Origin: an uncultured Desulfosarcina sp.
GTDB taxonomy: Bacteria > Desulfobacterota > Desulfobacteria > Desulfobacterales > Desulfosarcinaceae
Direction of reading: 5' to 3'
Length of the DNA stretch: 64,000 nucleotides
Assembly: GCA_963674945.2 (NCBI GenBank)
Contig: CAXXWQ010000004.1
Span: 832,001-896,000, forward strand
Program-made: the position numbers and the translations under genes
Shown: one piece after another, positions 1 to 10,308 of the stretch
Position numbering within the stretch: the first letter of the stretch is position 1
How the letters are laid out: every line of letters begins with the position of its first letter
The notes under the pieces: generated by a model
Told to the model about the DNA's origin: nothing
The model's input: the letters and a program-made list of their open reading frames with translations, nothing else
Databases searched by the model: none

Positions 1-22
1 TAAATTATTTTTGCGCGAGCCC
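1..22 (-). mobile_element. Left terminal inverted repeat of a second ISAzo13-family copy lying outside the window, in inverted orientation
   Basis: 1-22 is the exact reverse complement of 5091-5112 (gggctcgcgcaaaaataattta) and is followed by TAA, the reverse complement of the TTA target seen for the internal copy. Confidence 0.85.
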
Positions 23-26
23 TAAG

Positions 27-153
27 ACGTAACCGTTGCGATCAGTTGCAATCAGTGATTCCTCTGGCTGTACGAGGATTTGATGACGTCCAATTTGTAG
101 CTGATTTCCAAAGGCACCCTGTCCTAGATGTCAACTGTTTTGCGTGGTTATGC
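27..153 (-). other. attC-like integron cassette recombination site
   Basis: Minus strand reads GCATAAC-5nt-AAAACAGT-TGAC...GCA-ACTGATC-6nt-GTTACGT, which is canonical R''/L''/L'/R' spacing, just downstream of the stop codon of 179..466. Confidence 0.55.
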
Positions 154-178
154 GGACGTTTTTTTAAAGTAAAAAACC

Positions 179-466
179 TTATTTTCCACAGCATTTTTTA
201 TACTTTTTACCGCTCCCACAAGGGCAAGGCTCATTACGTCCCACTTTTTTATCGGCGATCTCTGTTTTTAGTGGATTCAATAATATTTCCAAGTCTGTAA
301 TATCTTCAGGCTTATCTGGTTCCAATTTAATTGTGTATTTCCAACCCTTTTCTTCAAATACTGATTCTAATTCTTTTGCTCTTTCTTCTGTTTGCACATT
401 TACAGAAGCTGGATTGTTTTTAGTGCCTAATTTTGAGGTTTTTTTTCCATCAAATATTTTTTCCAT
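179..466 (-). CDS. SEC-C metal-binding motif protein (PBPRA1643-like family)
   Basis: C-terminal [24 protein letters not shown] motif; N-terminal KLGTKNNP typical of the family. Confidence 0.85.
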   Translation of the reverse strand: MEKIFDGKKTSKLGTKNNPASVNVQTEERAKELESVFEEKGWKYTIKLEPDKPEDITDLEILLNPLKTEIADKKVGRNEPCPCGSGKKYKKCCGK

Positions 467-496
467 CTTTTCACCATAAATATATTATTGGATTCA

Positions 497-558
497 TGCT
501 ACACAAAACCGCTTTGTTCGGTATGCTCCTCGCCGTCCCCAACAGCAGAAGGTTAGCC
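497..558 (-). other. Degenerate attC-like site
   Basis: Minus strand reads GGCTAAC-5nt-GCTGTTGG-GGAC...ACAAAGC-6nt-GT(G)TAGC; geometry fits but the GTT core is disrupted. Confidence 0.35.
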
Positions 559-575
559 CATGCCCTTCATTACTT

Positions 576-911
576 TCAACGGCCACTACAAACACGACAG
601 GTTTCTCTTTGTATATTGGTTGATGGATAGTCTCTACATATTATAGATCGCGCTTCATATACGCTGCATGAATAGGCACCATCTATAATCTTCAAAAAGA
701 TGCAATCTCCGTTATCTTGAAATTTCATAAAACGTCTCTCTCCGGTTTTATCAATATCGTTTGTAAATTCTTCCGAAGTCAGTCCCGTGAAACTTTCAAG
801 CGTCTTGATATCGTTTTGAGAAAGCTGAATGTAGGCGAATTTTCTGCAACATGATCCACAGCTGTTGCATACATGCATTGTTGACACTTTGGCTATTTTA
901 TCAAATTTCAA
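576..911 (-). CDS. YkgJ-family cysteine-cluster (Zn/Fe-chelating) protein
   Basis: CxxCGxCC...C.FL...CSVYEAR..CRDYP pattern. Confidence 0.85.
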   Translation of the reverse strand: MKFDKIAKVSTMHVCNSCGSCCRKFAYIQLSQNDIKTLESFTGLTSEEFTNDIDKTGERRFMKFQDNGDCIFLKIIDGAYSCSVYEARSIICRDYPSTNIQRETCRVCSGR

Positions 912-1313
912 TAGAATCTACTTCCTTTGAATTAACATTTGCTAATTTTGTGAAATTCTTCTTTTTGTCTCGGAATCGGCTTTTTAGTCATTCTATCTAA
1001 ATCCTGCTGTTTTTCAACAAAATTAAAATTGTATCGATATAATAAGCAAAACCGTATTTTCAGAACATTTCGATAAACTTCGAACGACCGCTTTTTGTTC
1101 CAATTCTCACACTTATGAGGAAAATCTCGATAATTCCGAAAATAATTATTATCCGTCTATATCTTGCACCAGACCATTTTTGCTGGCTATTGCAGGTTGG
1201 TCGATCTATCTCAAGTGTCGTCTGTTCCTACGCCGGTTACGATTACAATTCCGGTCAATAATTCAATAAAACTCAAACCGTTCTGATGTCATCAGTACTT
1301 CGCAGGAGCATGA

Positions 1314-1541
1314 TTACTCCATCCATAACGTCCATGCCACATCGTTCTTATTCGTACTGTGAGAGAACTTTGATTTACATGTTAGGCATAGATAATCCTG
1401 TTCCTTGTATCCGTAACGAGCTGCCCCGGCAAAAATGCGAGGTTCATCCACTTTTATTAAATTTTCATGAGGTCTACCACTACGGACTTTCTTTGATTGT
1501 TTCTCACACAAAGAACATATTTCCATTGTAAATCCCTCCAT
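1314..1541 (-). CDS. Small hypothetical protein with two CxxC pairs
   Basis: CSLC...CLTC; GGAGG-like RBS; start may be 1526. Confidence 0.6.
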   Translation of the reverse strand: MEGFTMEICSLCEKQSKKVRSGRPHENLIKVDEPRIFAGAARYGYKEQDYLCLTCKSKFSHSTNKNDVAWTLWME

Positions 1542-1731
1542 ATCTTTGAGCTTACTGCTTCAGCGCCGATTTTTGTAGAGCCATGAATGCTTCGAGCGGA
1601 TTATTCTGTGCCTTCCGATGAATCGTTCTACCGACCTAAATCGCCTCCGCTTTCGAATTCTTATCATAAAACGTGGCCGGTTTATAACGCCATCCTCGGA
1701 CAAGCACTGTTAGAAAATCCCAGGGAAGTGG

Positions 1732-1795
1732 TGACCTGACCCCGAAAATTGATCCAAATACTAACGTAAAAAGTGGTACAAATGCTGGAGGCAAG
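1732..1795 (+). mobile_element. Possible IS3-family left-end remnant
   Basis: TGACCTGACCCCGAAAATTGATCCA resembles IS3-family TG-starting ends; followed by GGAGG but no transposase. Confidence 0.3.
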
Positions 1796-1848
1796 ACAAA
1801 GCCATCCAAAAAGTGACCGTCGGCACTCGCATTTCAGTCGACAGCAAC

Positions 1849-2190
1849 TTAGTATTCTCTTCTACCGCGCCCCTGGCCTCCCCGGCCACTTCCGCGCCCT
1901 CCGCCGCGATTAGGGCCACCGTAGCCTCCTCTGCCGCGCCGGTTATCGGATTTGGGACGGGCTTCGTTAACTTTTAGCGTTCTTCCTTTGAGTTCCTTGC
2001 CATTCAAGCCCTCGATGGCGGCCTGAGCCTCATCTCGAGACGCCATTTCCGCAAATCCAAAACCTTTGGATCGACCGCTGAATTTATCGTTGATGATATT
2101 GACAGATTCGACCTGCCCAAATTCCTGCAGGGCCGATTTCAGGTCCTCTTCCGTAGTCTCGTAGGATAGATTGCCAAGATAGAGCTTCAA
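1849..2190 (-). CDS. RRM RNA-binding protein with Gly/Arg-rich tail
   Basis: RNP2 LYLGNL, RNP1 KGFGFAEM, RGG tail; TTG start at 2190 after an AGGAAAGGGG RBS. Confidence 0.93.
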   Translation of the reverse strand: MKLYLGNLSYETTEEDLKSALQEFGQVESVNIINDKFSGRSKGFGFAEMASRDEAQAAIEGLNGKELKGRTLKVNEARPKSDNRRGRGGYGGPNRGGGRGSGRGGQGRGRREY

Positions 2191-2373
2191 TTTAATATCC
2201 CCTTTCCTGGATGTTAAAGTAATCGATGAATTATCGTATACAGCTTTTTCCAGCCTATTTCTATCTGGTTTTTTCTCCTGTCTTGCCTCCATTGCGTGCA
2301 GCGATATTTTATTGCATTGCCCGTTCCCGCAATGATGCCTATCGCAGCTTTTTGGTGCATGTAGGCTCATTGG

Positions 2374-3861
2374 TCAGGCCGTTTTCCGATAGGCGGCGGG
2401 GTTTCTATCGCATTGTGCATCGGCCAATAGCCATTCCACCGCATCTGCAGCGGAATATGAGCGCTTGTTCCGCAGCAGCCGGAAAATGGAAAGGATGGCG
2501 TTTCCTGTGGTGATCAATGCATTTTCAACATAACCGTCCTTGCGACGTTGTCCCAATCCGATATTTGAAAGCAGCGCATTGCACAGGCACTTTTTTTGAT
2601 CGGTGTCACCCGGTTTTCCTCCCTTTTTTAAATAGGCGTCGACCGGTTCCGCCGGGCAGCGGTATCCGATACGCCCATCCTCCCTGGCATAAATCTCCCG
2701 CAAATACCCTAAGTCGCATATACGGGTTCTGCTTAGATATTGGAACGGTTCGGACAGGCTGTTTTTCAAACGTAGCACTTTGAATGGGAAATACGTCGGA
2801 GAGGCTTTGGCATCTGTAAAGACAGATGCTTCTCCGAGCAGGATGCTTTCGATGACCTTCCGCTTCAACGGTTCCGTCAACCCCGACTCCTTGCAGAAAG
2901 CGAAGACGGTACCCGCCTGGATGCCTTTGGCACCTGTGGACAATGCCTGGATCAGCTTTTCGGGAGTGCCCCAGGCACCGGCGAGCCAGAAAGGAAGGCC
3001 CAGAGCCTTTATTTCCGAGATATCGATATCATCCCGCTCACCGTAAACCGGCTCGCCTTCCTGGGTCAAAATCAGCTTTCCTCGAGGTGGCGCGTTGTGC
3101 CCGCCTGCCTGGGAAGATTCCACGACAAACCCGTCAATGCCCCCCTCCATCTTTTTGAACATCCTTCTGGCCAGGGTTGAAGACGAGATAATGGGGAAAA
3201 ACCTGGGACGTTTTAATTCCGGCGCCTTTTTCTGCAGAAAGGCGCGCGGGCTGAAGTTCAGCCGACATCCGTCCGACTCCTTTTTGCCTTGAACGTCTAT
3301 TTTGAGCGAGACATCCTGATGCCTGGACAGGCGATTGATCACCGAGGGTATTTCATTCGGAATGCCCGCCCCCATCAGCACGAAATCGACATCGGCCAGC
3401 ATAGCGCCATAAATGGCGAAAATATTCGGCAACTGAATTTTTTTAAGAAGGTTGATGCCGACAGCCCGATCATGCCCCTCCTTGGCTAAATACACCTCGC
3501 TGAAAGCTGCAACGACGGATAGCTCTTCAAGCAATCGGGGCATCTTAAGGGAAAACATCGGTGTCGCTTTGAAATGCCCGCCGCTGGGTTTTCCCATTGG
3601 TAAGAAGAAAGCCTCCTCGATTCTTTGGATCATTTCCAAATCGGGGAAAAAACTCATCGCCCGTCTGAGATGGCCGCCCGGATCCCCCAACTGTAGTTTT
3701 CGTACTAGTATTTGCTCCAGGGCAGTCCCTGAAACGACGCCCAACTGACCTGTCAGGGAGACGGCCCTAGCCAGCTTCCAACCGGATACGCCTGCTCCCA
3801 TCCCGCCTTGAATAATTGTTGGATAAACACCTTTGTTTGGCGCCTGCATCGTTTGGGTCAT
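2374..3861 (-). CDS. Nitronate monooxygenase / 2-nitropropane dioxygenase-family flavoprotein
   Basis: IIQGGMGAGVS, MGAGIP, AGGHNAPPRG, GIQAGTVF motifs; C-terminal CDLGYLR...CLCN. Confidence 0.85.
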   Translation of the reverse strand: MTQTMQAPNKGVYPTIIQGGMGAGVSGWKLARAVSLTGQLGVVSGTALEQILVRKLQLGDPGGHLRRAMSFFPDLEMIQRIEEAFFLPMGKPSGGHFKATPMFSLKMPRLLEELSVVAAFSEVYLAKEGHDRAVGINLLKKIQLPNIFAIYGAMLADVDFVLMGAGIPNEIPSVINRLSRHQDVSLKIDVQGKKESDGCRLNFSPRAFLQKKAPELKRPRFFPIISSSTLARRMFKKMEGGIDGFVVESSQAGGHNAPPRGKLILTQEGEPVYGERDDIDISEIKALGLPFWLAGAWGTPEKLIQALSTGAKGIQAGTVFAFCKESGLTEPLKRKVIESILLGEASVFTDAKASPTYFPFKVLRLKNSLSEPFQYLSRTRICDLGYLREIYAREDGRIGYRCPAEPVDAYLKKGGKPGDTDQKKCLCNALLSNIGLGQRRKDGYVENALITTGNAILSIFRLLRNKRSYSAADAVEWLLADAQCDRNPAAYRKTA

Positions 3862-3995
3862 TGGATATTCTCTTGTCAGTAAGGGATACATTCACGGGGC
3901 CTTGCCGGACACGGTCCAGGTCTCGAGGGCGTCGAAGACGCGAGTCAATATTAGGAAAAGAGCGACAGAGGCGGTTTGACCGGCTATGCTGATCT

Positions 3996-4280
3996 TCAAT
4001 AATTTCTTCTGCGAAAAGATCGCTTTTTAGGCCGCTTTCCGCCGGGATCCGCCGGTTTGACCTTGATATTGTTGCCATCGAAGAGGTTTCCATTCAAAGC
4101 TTTGATTGCCTGGTCTGCCTCCGAATTACTCGGCATTTCAATGAAGCCGAATCCTTTGGATCGACCGGAAAAGCGGTCTTTGATGACTTTAACGCTTTCG
4201 ATATCGCCATACTCGACAAATAAGGACATCAAACTGGCTTCCGTAGTGTTGTATGATAAATTTCCGATGTATATATTCAT
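3996..4280 (-). CDS. RRM RNA-binding protein
   Basis: MNIYIGNLSY...[12 protein letters not shown]. Confidence 0.93.
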   Translation of the reverse strand: MNIYIGNLSYNTTEASLMSLFVEYGDIESVKVIKDRFSGRSKGFGFIEMPSNSEADQAIKALNGNLFDGNNIKVKPADPGGKRPKKRSFRRRNY

Positions 4281-4548
4281 TAATTCAAATCCCTTGCATC
4301 TGAAATAATTCCTCAAATTTCTGCGTGTTGTGGTTTTCCCAGATAATCGTCTGCTTCATAATCGGCGGCAGATGCATTTCCCATGTTCATTATATCCTTT
4401 CTGAATAGCATGCACATTCTTTTCTTAAGGATTAACAGCGGTCGAGGTGATACTATACGATGCAAACCGAAAAGCGATGCCGACCGTTATGGCATAGAAT
4501 ACGCTTCACCTATCAATTGAAATTGCTGGCAAGAATTCTTGGCGCCAA

Positions 4549-4902
4549 TCAATCAACGTCTTGTTCGACAGAAATTAAATCACGATCATCAAAAAAAAGT
4601 TCCGTAGTGAAATCTTCGGACAAAGTGTATCGTTCTCTGATCTTTTCAGCTATTTTAAAGGCGTACGTGCTAATTGGAAATATATTATGAGTACGAAGGG
4701 TTTCAACCAAATCAGTACCCCCTCTGGCTATGGAATCAAGGATAGCCTCACTCTTATATGTTTCTTCGCCGACTAATGAGAAATTATCCTTGCGCAGATT
4801 ATCCGATGACACTTTTTTCAAGTCTTTGTCAATAACGGCATATTCCATTATCCTTAATTCTTTTCTTTCTAAATTTCGAGAAATCAAAAATTTTTGACGC
4901 AT
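4549..4902 (-). CDS. Hypothetical protein
   Basis: 117-aa ORF with GAAAGAGAG RBS, co-oriented with neighbours; no motif recognised. Confidence 0.7.
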   Translation of the reverse strand: MRQKFLISRNLERKELRIMEYAVIDKDLKKVSSDNLRKDNFSLVGEETYKSEAILDSIARGGTDLVETLRTHNIFPISTYAFKIAEKIRERYTLSEDFTTELFFDDRDLISVEQDVD

Positions 4903-4929
4903 AATGTCTCTCTTTCAGGGTTGTTATTT

Positions 4930-5078
4930 TTATATTCTCGCTCCTTCATCCTTAGCCTGATCTATAATTTCTCCCTCTGTGGTGTTACCCTTTTCCATTT
5001 TTCGTTTTCTCTTCTCTTCTTCTTTTTCCTCTCAAGTTCTTTTTGACTTTTCGCAAATGTATAATTTGATCTTGCCAA
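4930..5078 (-). pseudogene. Small Lys/Arg-rich protein (MARSNYTFAKSQKELERKKK...), probably frameshifted
   Basis: TTG start after AAGGGGG RBS; current frame stops at 4962 (38 aa); one extra base in the A/G-rich run would extend it to TAA at 4930; IS inserted immediately upstream of the RBS. Confidence 0.55.
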
Positions 5079-5090
5079 ATTGCCCCCTTA

Positions 5091-6999
5091 GGGCTCGCGC
5101 AAAAATAATTTAACATATTATGAGGCTAATAGTCTCATTAACTATCCTATGGTTGTTTGCAACAAATCCGTATAATTGGCTAAATAGCAATATATTGTCC
5201 TGTTGCTCATAATGAGATCATTGGCCTTGACAGAATCGACCTGTAGGGCTAATTGTATCATTATGAATAAGACAAAATACCATCTCCAAGACATAAAGGA
5301 TTTCTTTGGTGTTCACAAAATCGCCACTTTTAATCAACTTCAAGAGGCGCTTGGAAATCCGGCTCGAGCAACGCTGTTTCGAAAATTGGCGCAGCTGAAG
5401 TATCTGAGCAGTTATTCGCATCGAGGTAAATTTTATACTCTTTTATGCATTGCGCGATTTTCTAAACTTGGCCTTTGGTCTTGCAAATATGTTTGGTTTT
5501 CACGTTTCGGTAATTTGCTTCAAACAGCCGAGACCCTTGTTGCCCGATCAGAGGCGGGGTACAGCGCCGCCGAACTAAAAGATATTTTGCACGTCAAGAC
5601 CAAACATGCGTTGACCCAACTGGTACGCGACAACCGGCTTCAGCGTAAAAAATTCGAGGCTGTCTACATTTATCTGTCTCCTGAAAACGTTGTTGCTCGC
5701 AGACAGGAGAAAGTTCGCAAATCCCGTTTAAAAAAGTCCTTGGCTTCTGTTATCGTAACCAATCCCGACTTGGCCGCAGAAGAGGCCAAGGCCATAATTG
5801 TTCTTTTTTGCAGTATGCTCGATGAACGCCAACGCCGGCTATACGCCGGGCTTGAATCGTTAAAGTTGGGCCACGGCGGTGACGCCTACATCGCATCGCT
5901 GCTTGGCATGGATCCTCATACCGTAGCACGTGGTCGACAAGAACTGATCAGCGGCGATTTGAGTACCCAAAAAGTTCGGGCAGCAGGAGGCGGGCGCCTT
6001 CTGCAAGAAAAAAAACGCCCGAAATCATAGACGCCATCGCCGTCATCATGGAGCACGAGACCGCTGGTGATCCGGTAAGTGGGTGTAAGTGGACACGCAA
6101 GACCACAGGAAAAATCGCCCAACAATTGAAACGTGCCGGCATCCGGGTATCGGCCAAAACAGTGGGTAGATTGTTAAAGCAAATGAACTATTCCCTACGC
6201 TTGAATCTTAAATGTCTTGAATCCGGGCAGAGTAAACCACCCGATCCCCACCAGCGTGATTTACAGTTTCGCTATCTTCGCAGCCAGATACGCTGCTATA
6301 AAGCCGACGGAATGCCCGTGATCAGTGTTGATACCAAAAGCCGAGAACTAATAGGACCGTTCCATCAGGCCGGGCGTCGATGGAGCCAAGCACCGATAAA
6401 AGTCTTGGATCATGATTTCCCCTCTGACGCCAATGGTGTTGCGATCCCATACGGTATCTATGACATTATTCAAAACAAGGGCTTTGTATGTGTTGGCACC
6501 AGTCGCGATACTTCCGAGTTTGCCGTAGATTCTATCCGTACATGGTGGCAAAAAGTTGGTTCTCGCCACTATCCTGATGCCGATCGTCTGCTCATTCTGG
6601 CCGATTGTGGTGGAAGCAATGGCTACAGAATCCGGCTTTGGAAACAGCAGCTGCAGATCCGTCTTTGCAGCCGCTTCGGCCTGAAGGTCAAAGTATGTCA
6701 TTATCCACCCGGTTCCTCCAAGTGGAATCCCATCGAACACCGTATGTTTTCTTTCATTAGCAACAACTGGGCAGCACAACCCTTGCTTGATTACGAAACT
6801 GTGTTGAAATTCATTCGTTCGACCAAAACCGCGACAGGGTTGAAAATCCGCGTTTTTCTTAACAACAAGAATTACCGTAAAGGTAAAAAGGTCTCCGACC
6901 AACAAATGCATCAAATAAACTTGAGACGATATACTCAACGGCCAAATTGGAACTATTCGATCTCACCATGAAAATGTGAATTTATTTTTGCGCGAGCCC
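5091..6999 (+). mobile_element. ISAzo13-family insertion sequence
   Basis: 18-bp perfect TIR gggctcgcgcaaaaataa at 5091 and 6982-6999; 3-bp TSD TTA at 5088-5090 and 7000-7002. Confidence 0.93.
5263..6971 (+). CDS. ISAzo13-family transposase, two ORFs joined by a -1 frameshift
   Basis: ORF1 5263-6030 (DERQRRLYAG...GHGG); ORF2 to 6971 (TAGDP, ISVDTK, DHDF, ADCGGSN, SKWNPIEHR); A8 run at 6008-6015 links the frames. Confidence 0.88.
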
Positions 7000-7020
7000 T
7001 TAGTAATTTTTACGCTTGGT

Positions 7021-7062
7021 AAAAAAAAGGGCATCCCCAATATCAGGAAGGATGCCCTTTTT
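7021..7062. terminator. Bidirectional intrinsic terminator
   Basis: aaaaagggcatcc...ggatgcccttttt hairpin downstream of csp (7075). Confidence 0.85.
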
Positions 7063-7074
7063 CATAAAAGAGAG

Positions 7075-7275
7075 TTAAATCACCGTGACATTTGAGGCAG
7101 AAGGACCTTTTGGTCCCTGTCCAATCTCAAAAGAAACCCGGTCACCTTCGTTGAGGGATTTGAAGCCTGTCGCATTGATCGCTGAATGATGAACAAAGAC
7201 GTCTTTGCCATCTTCCTGCTCAATGAATCCAAACCCTTTTGAGTCGTTGAACCACTTAACAATTCCTTCGGTCAT
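7075..7275 (-). CDS. cspA: Cold-shock protein (CspA family), copy 1
   Basis: [15 protein letters not shown]...DVFVHHSAI...[20 protein letters not shown]. Confidence 0.97.
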   Translation of the reverse strand: MTEGIVKWFNDSKGFGFIEQEDGKDVFVHHSAINATGFKSLNEGDRVSFEIGQGPKGPSASNVTVI

Positions 7276-7406
7276 GATAGCATCCTCCTTTCTTAAAAAT
7301 TTTCAATGTCGCAAACTGGAGGGTGCCATTTTTTTGAATGGAGGTATTCCTTCAGAAAGGAGCTGTCCTGAAGACTAAATGAATAGAAGCAGGACTTGAT
7401 TGAATA
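7276..7406 (-). promoter_or_regulatory. Conserved structured 5' leader of csp copy 1
   Basis: Aligns in blocks with 10678-10807; conserved stems. Confidence 0.65.
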
Positions 7407-7494
7407 ATCATACAATAGTCTATCCAAGGTCGGATTGATAGGAAAATTTTTATTTTACAAAAATAATACAATTGGTGGGATATATGGAAACCGC

Positions 7495-7523
7495 TTGACA
7501 GCAATTTTTATTCACTGTATGGT
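7495..7523 (+). promoter_or_regulatory. Sigma-70 promoter of the DEAD-box helicase gene
   Basis: TTGACA-17bp-TATGGT. Confidence 0.7.
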
Positions 7524-7567
7524 CAACAGCAATTAATAGTGTTCCTGGTTGTAACTAAAAATCACGT

Positions 7568-7600
7568 AAGCCCCGGAATTTCTCCGGGGCTTTTTTATTT
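7568..7600 (+). terminator. Leader terminator/attenuator upstream of the helicase start
   Basis: aagccccgga-atttc-tccggggc-tttttt between promoter and TTG start at 7624. Confidence 0.75.
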
Positions 7601-8557
7601 GGAGCACAGAAAGAAGGAACTTATTGAACTTTGAAGCTTTTAACTTTCATCCTCTGATTTCTGCATGCATTGCCGCAGCAGGCTACAAAAATCCTACCCC
7701 TATTCAAGCACGAGTTATTCCGTATATACAAAACGGCTGTGATGTGATGGGGCTGGCACAAACCGGCACCGGCAAGACAGCAGCTTTTGTTCTGCCGATT
7801 CTCAACCGGTTAGTAAAAAGCAACCAAGGGCCCATTCGGACCCTGATTATCGCACCGACTCGTGAGTTGGCTGAACAAATACATCAAACAGTTGAAGTTC
7901 TTGGACGTCGGACACGTATTAGAAGCGTTGCTATCTACGGAGGCGTAGGAATCCATCAGCAGATTCAGAAAGTGAAACGGGCAGATGTTGTTGTTGCTTG
8001 TCCTGGTCGTCTTCTCGATCATATTCGACGCCAAAGCATCGACCTTTCACAACTGGAAACGTTGGTTTTGGATGAAGCCGACCATATGCTGGATATGGGG
8101 TTTTTACCGGATATAAGGCAAATTCTCAAACATATTCCCGAAAAACGTCAGACACTTGTCTTCTCAGCAACCATGCCACCCGAAATTCGACGATTGTCCG
8201 GAAGCATTCTGAATGATCCCGCCATCGCCCAAGTTGGTGCCACCGCCCCTGCAGATACGGTCAGCCATGCATTTTTCCCGGTAGCTCAGCATTTAAAAAC
8301 AGCACTGCTGCTAACTCTGCTTGAAAACACAGATACGAAATCGGTCCTTGTTTTTACCAGAACAAAACATCGTGCCAAAAACTTAGGCAAAAAGCTCTCA
8401 ACTGCAGGATACGCATCGGCAGCACTTCAGGGGAATCTCTCCCAGTCCCGCAGGCAGGCTTCACTTGATGGTTTTCGCGACGGGAAATTCAAGATCTTGG
8501 TAGCCACCGATATCGCAGCACGTGGTATAGATGTGACTAGGATTTCACATGTTATTA

Positions 8558-10308
8558 CCTGAATTTTGCACGCAATTAGCTTTAATTGGCCACGGTGGCC
8601 AATTTTTTCAAAATGACGAAGAGTTCGTTTTCTACTCTAACACATGATCGTTGCCTTTAGTGTGAAGTATACGGTTTGCACGTGTTTCGTTTAACTGCCC
8701 ATATACAAAGGAAATTGTCGTGAAAAAAAATTCTTGCATGATATTTTCCCGAGTTACGCAGACGTTCAACATGCCACTTGTCTCCACGGCTTCGGTTTCA
8801 ATCGCGCTTGATCCAGGAAGTCGAGAAAATGGATCATCGCGGGCGTTCTCGCATCGTGTACGGAGAACTTGACCTTGTCACGGTTTTGATCTTTGACAAC
8901 TTTTGCGGCAATGAAAAGCAGCTTCAACCTGGCGATCCGGATTGTATTGGATGCCACCGTTTTTAAATGCGGCATCTTTTTTCTGTCCTGGCTCATGGCG
9001 GCAAGCATCTTGATGTAACGCCAAATGTTATACGACAGCACTACAAGTTGAAAGAACGCATAATTGTTTTTGAACTTTGCTGATGGGATGGCCTCAAGCC
9101 CTTCACGTTTGGCCTCACCCACCAGGTTTTCAACGTCAGCGCGTTTATCATACTTGCTGACCACCTCATGGGCCGGCCCTGAAAGGTTCGTGCAGAATAT
9201 CCGGTATGTATAGTTGTCGTCTTCAAAGAGTAGGCATTGCACTTGCTGGTTTGAAGTTGATTTGGCTTTCGGTATACGCATGGCCACAAACCGGCACGGG
9301 GTATCCCAACCAAGGGGCTGATAGACGCAGCTGTTATACTCAACATCCTTGCGTTTCCAGGGCCGATACCAACCTCTCGGATCAAAGGGCGGGTCGCATC
9401 TCTTGTTGGCGATGATGAAGTCATAGCCGCAGTGTCTTGCAGTCTGGACACTTTCCCAGCTCAGGAACTCTCCATCGGCCCGCAGCAGGACTTGGCGAAC
9501 ACAACCGGGTAAATGGGATTTTGTCTGGAGGATAAAGGCAGCGGTCTGTTTGCCACTGAGTGTTTCACCTTTTCGAAGCTTTCCGATAAGACACTCCCGG
9601 GTCTGCTCAATGAAGCACAGCACCGGACGGTAACCTTTCTTTCCCCGGTTTTTGGTGTTATGGCCTTTCCTGCCTCCTTGCTGATTGCCGTACAGCGTCT
9701 CGACGGTGGTGTCGATATCGATGCATATCCGGTAATAATTGAAACCCAGTTGTTGCCACACCCGTTCTCGCAGAATGCTCATGAGCTTCTGAAGGGACTG
9801 GGCTTGGTTAATTCCCAAGCTGTCAAGGTATCGCCAGAAGGTGCTCGACACCGGCAACTTTGTCAGTCGGAAAAATCCACACAGCATGGCATCGAGTCGG
9901 ATGTAGGTAAAATGCCAGATTCTGTTAAAGCCTATAAACAGTAGCATCAGAAGTCCTGCCACCATCGAATAGTGGCCCAGCTTTGGCTGCCGGACAGGCG
10001 CATGATAGGTGGAGTTAAATATTTGTTTGAAATCGATCAAATCGAAAAATTTGATCATCGCTAAAAGCCCGCCAAATGGACTTAGTTGCTCGCTGCATGT
10101 CTCATGCGGCGTAGAAGCGTTGATTTTTCTGGCCTTGGCAGCGTTTTTCTTAAACCCTTTGTTCTTGCGGTTTTTACGGCTTTTTGATTTACTTGATTTT
10201 ACCATCTGGGTACCTCCTGTTTTTATTGTGGAAGCATGTCACCTCCCTTTATAACAGGATTCCCAGATGGTTTCTTCCTTATTTATGATTCGTCGTGCAA
10301 AATTTAGG
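8558..10308 (-). mobile_element. IS1380-family insertion sequence
   Basis: TIRs cctgaattttgcacg / cctaaattttgcacg (14/15); 5-bp TSD TATTA at 8553-8557 and 10309-10313. Confidence 0.93.
8766..10205 (-). CDS. IS1380-family DDE transposase
   Basis: DIDTT...GYRP...LLRADGEF...YDKRADVENLVGEAK. Confidence 0.92.
   Translation of the reverse strand: MVKSSKSKSRKNRKNKGFKKNAAKARKINASTPHETCSEQLSPFGGLLAMIKFFDLIDFKQIFNSTYHAPVRQPKLGHYSMVAGLLMLLFIGFNRIWHFTYIRLDAMLCGFFRLTKLPVSSTFWRYLDSLGINQAQSLQKLMSILRERVWQQLGFNYYRICIDIDTTVETLYGNQQGGRKGHNTKNRGKKGYRPVLCFIEQTRECLIGKLRKGETLSGKQTAAFILQTKSHLPGCVRQVLLRADGEFLSWESVQTARHCGYDFIIANKRCDPPFDPRGWYRPWKRKDVEYNSCVYQPLGWDTPCRFVAMRIPKAKSTSNQQVQCLLFEDDNYTYRIFCTNLSGPAHEVVSKYDKRADVENLVGEAKREGLEAIPSAKFKNNYAFFQLVVLSYNIWRYIKMLAAMSQDRKKMPHLKTVASNTIRIARLKLLFIAAKVVKDQNRDKVKFSVHDARTPAMIHFLDFLDQARLKPKPWRQVAC

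Noticed and set aside
1080..1242. Possible third attC site (TCGTAAC...GTTCGAA on the minus strand)
   Set aside because: L boxes do not pair and the spacing is not convincing
2191..2370. N-terminal extensions given by the ORF track (RRM from 2370, csp from 10745, hflK from 20714, atpF from 53854)
   Set aside because: Downstream starts have clear RBSs and match family N-termini
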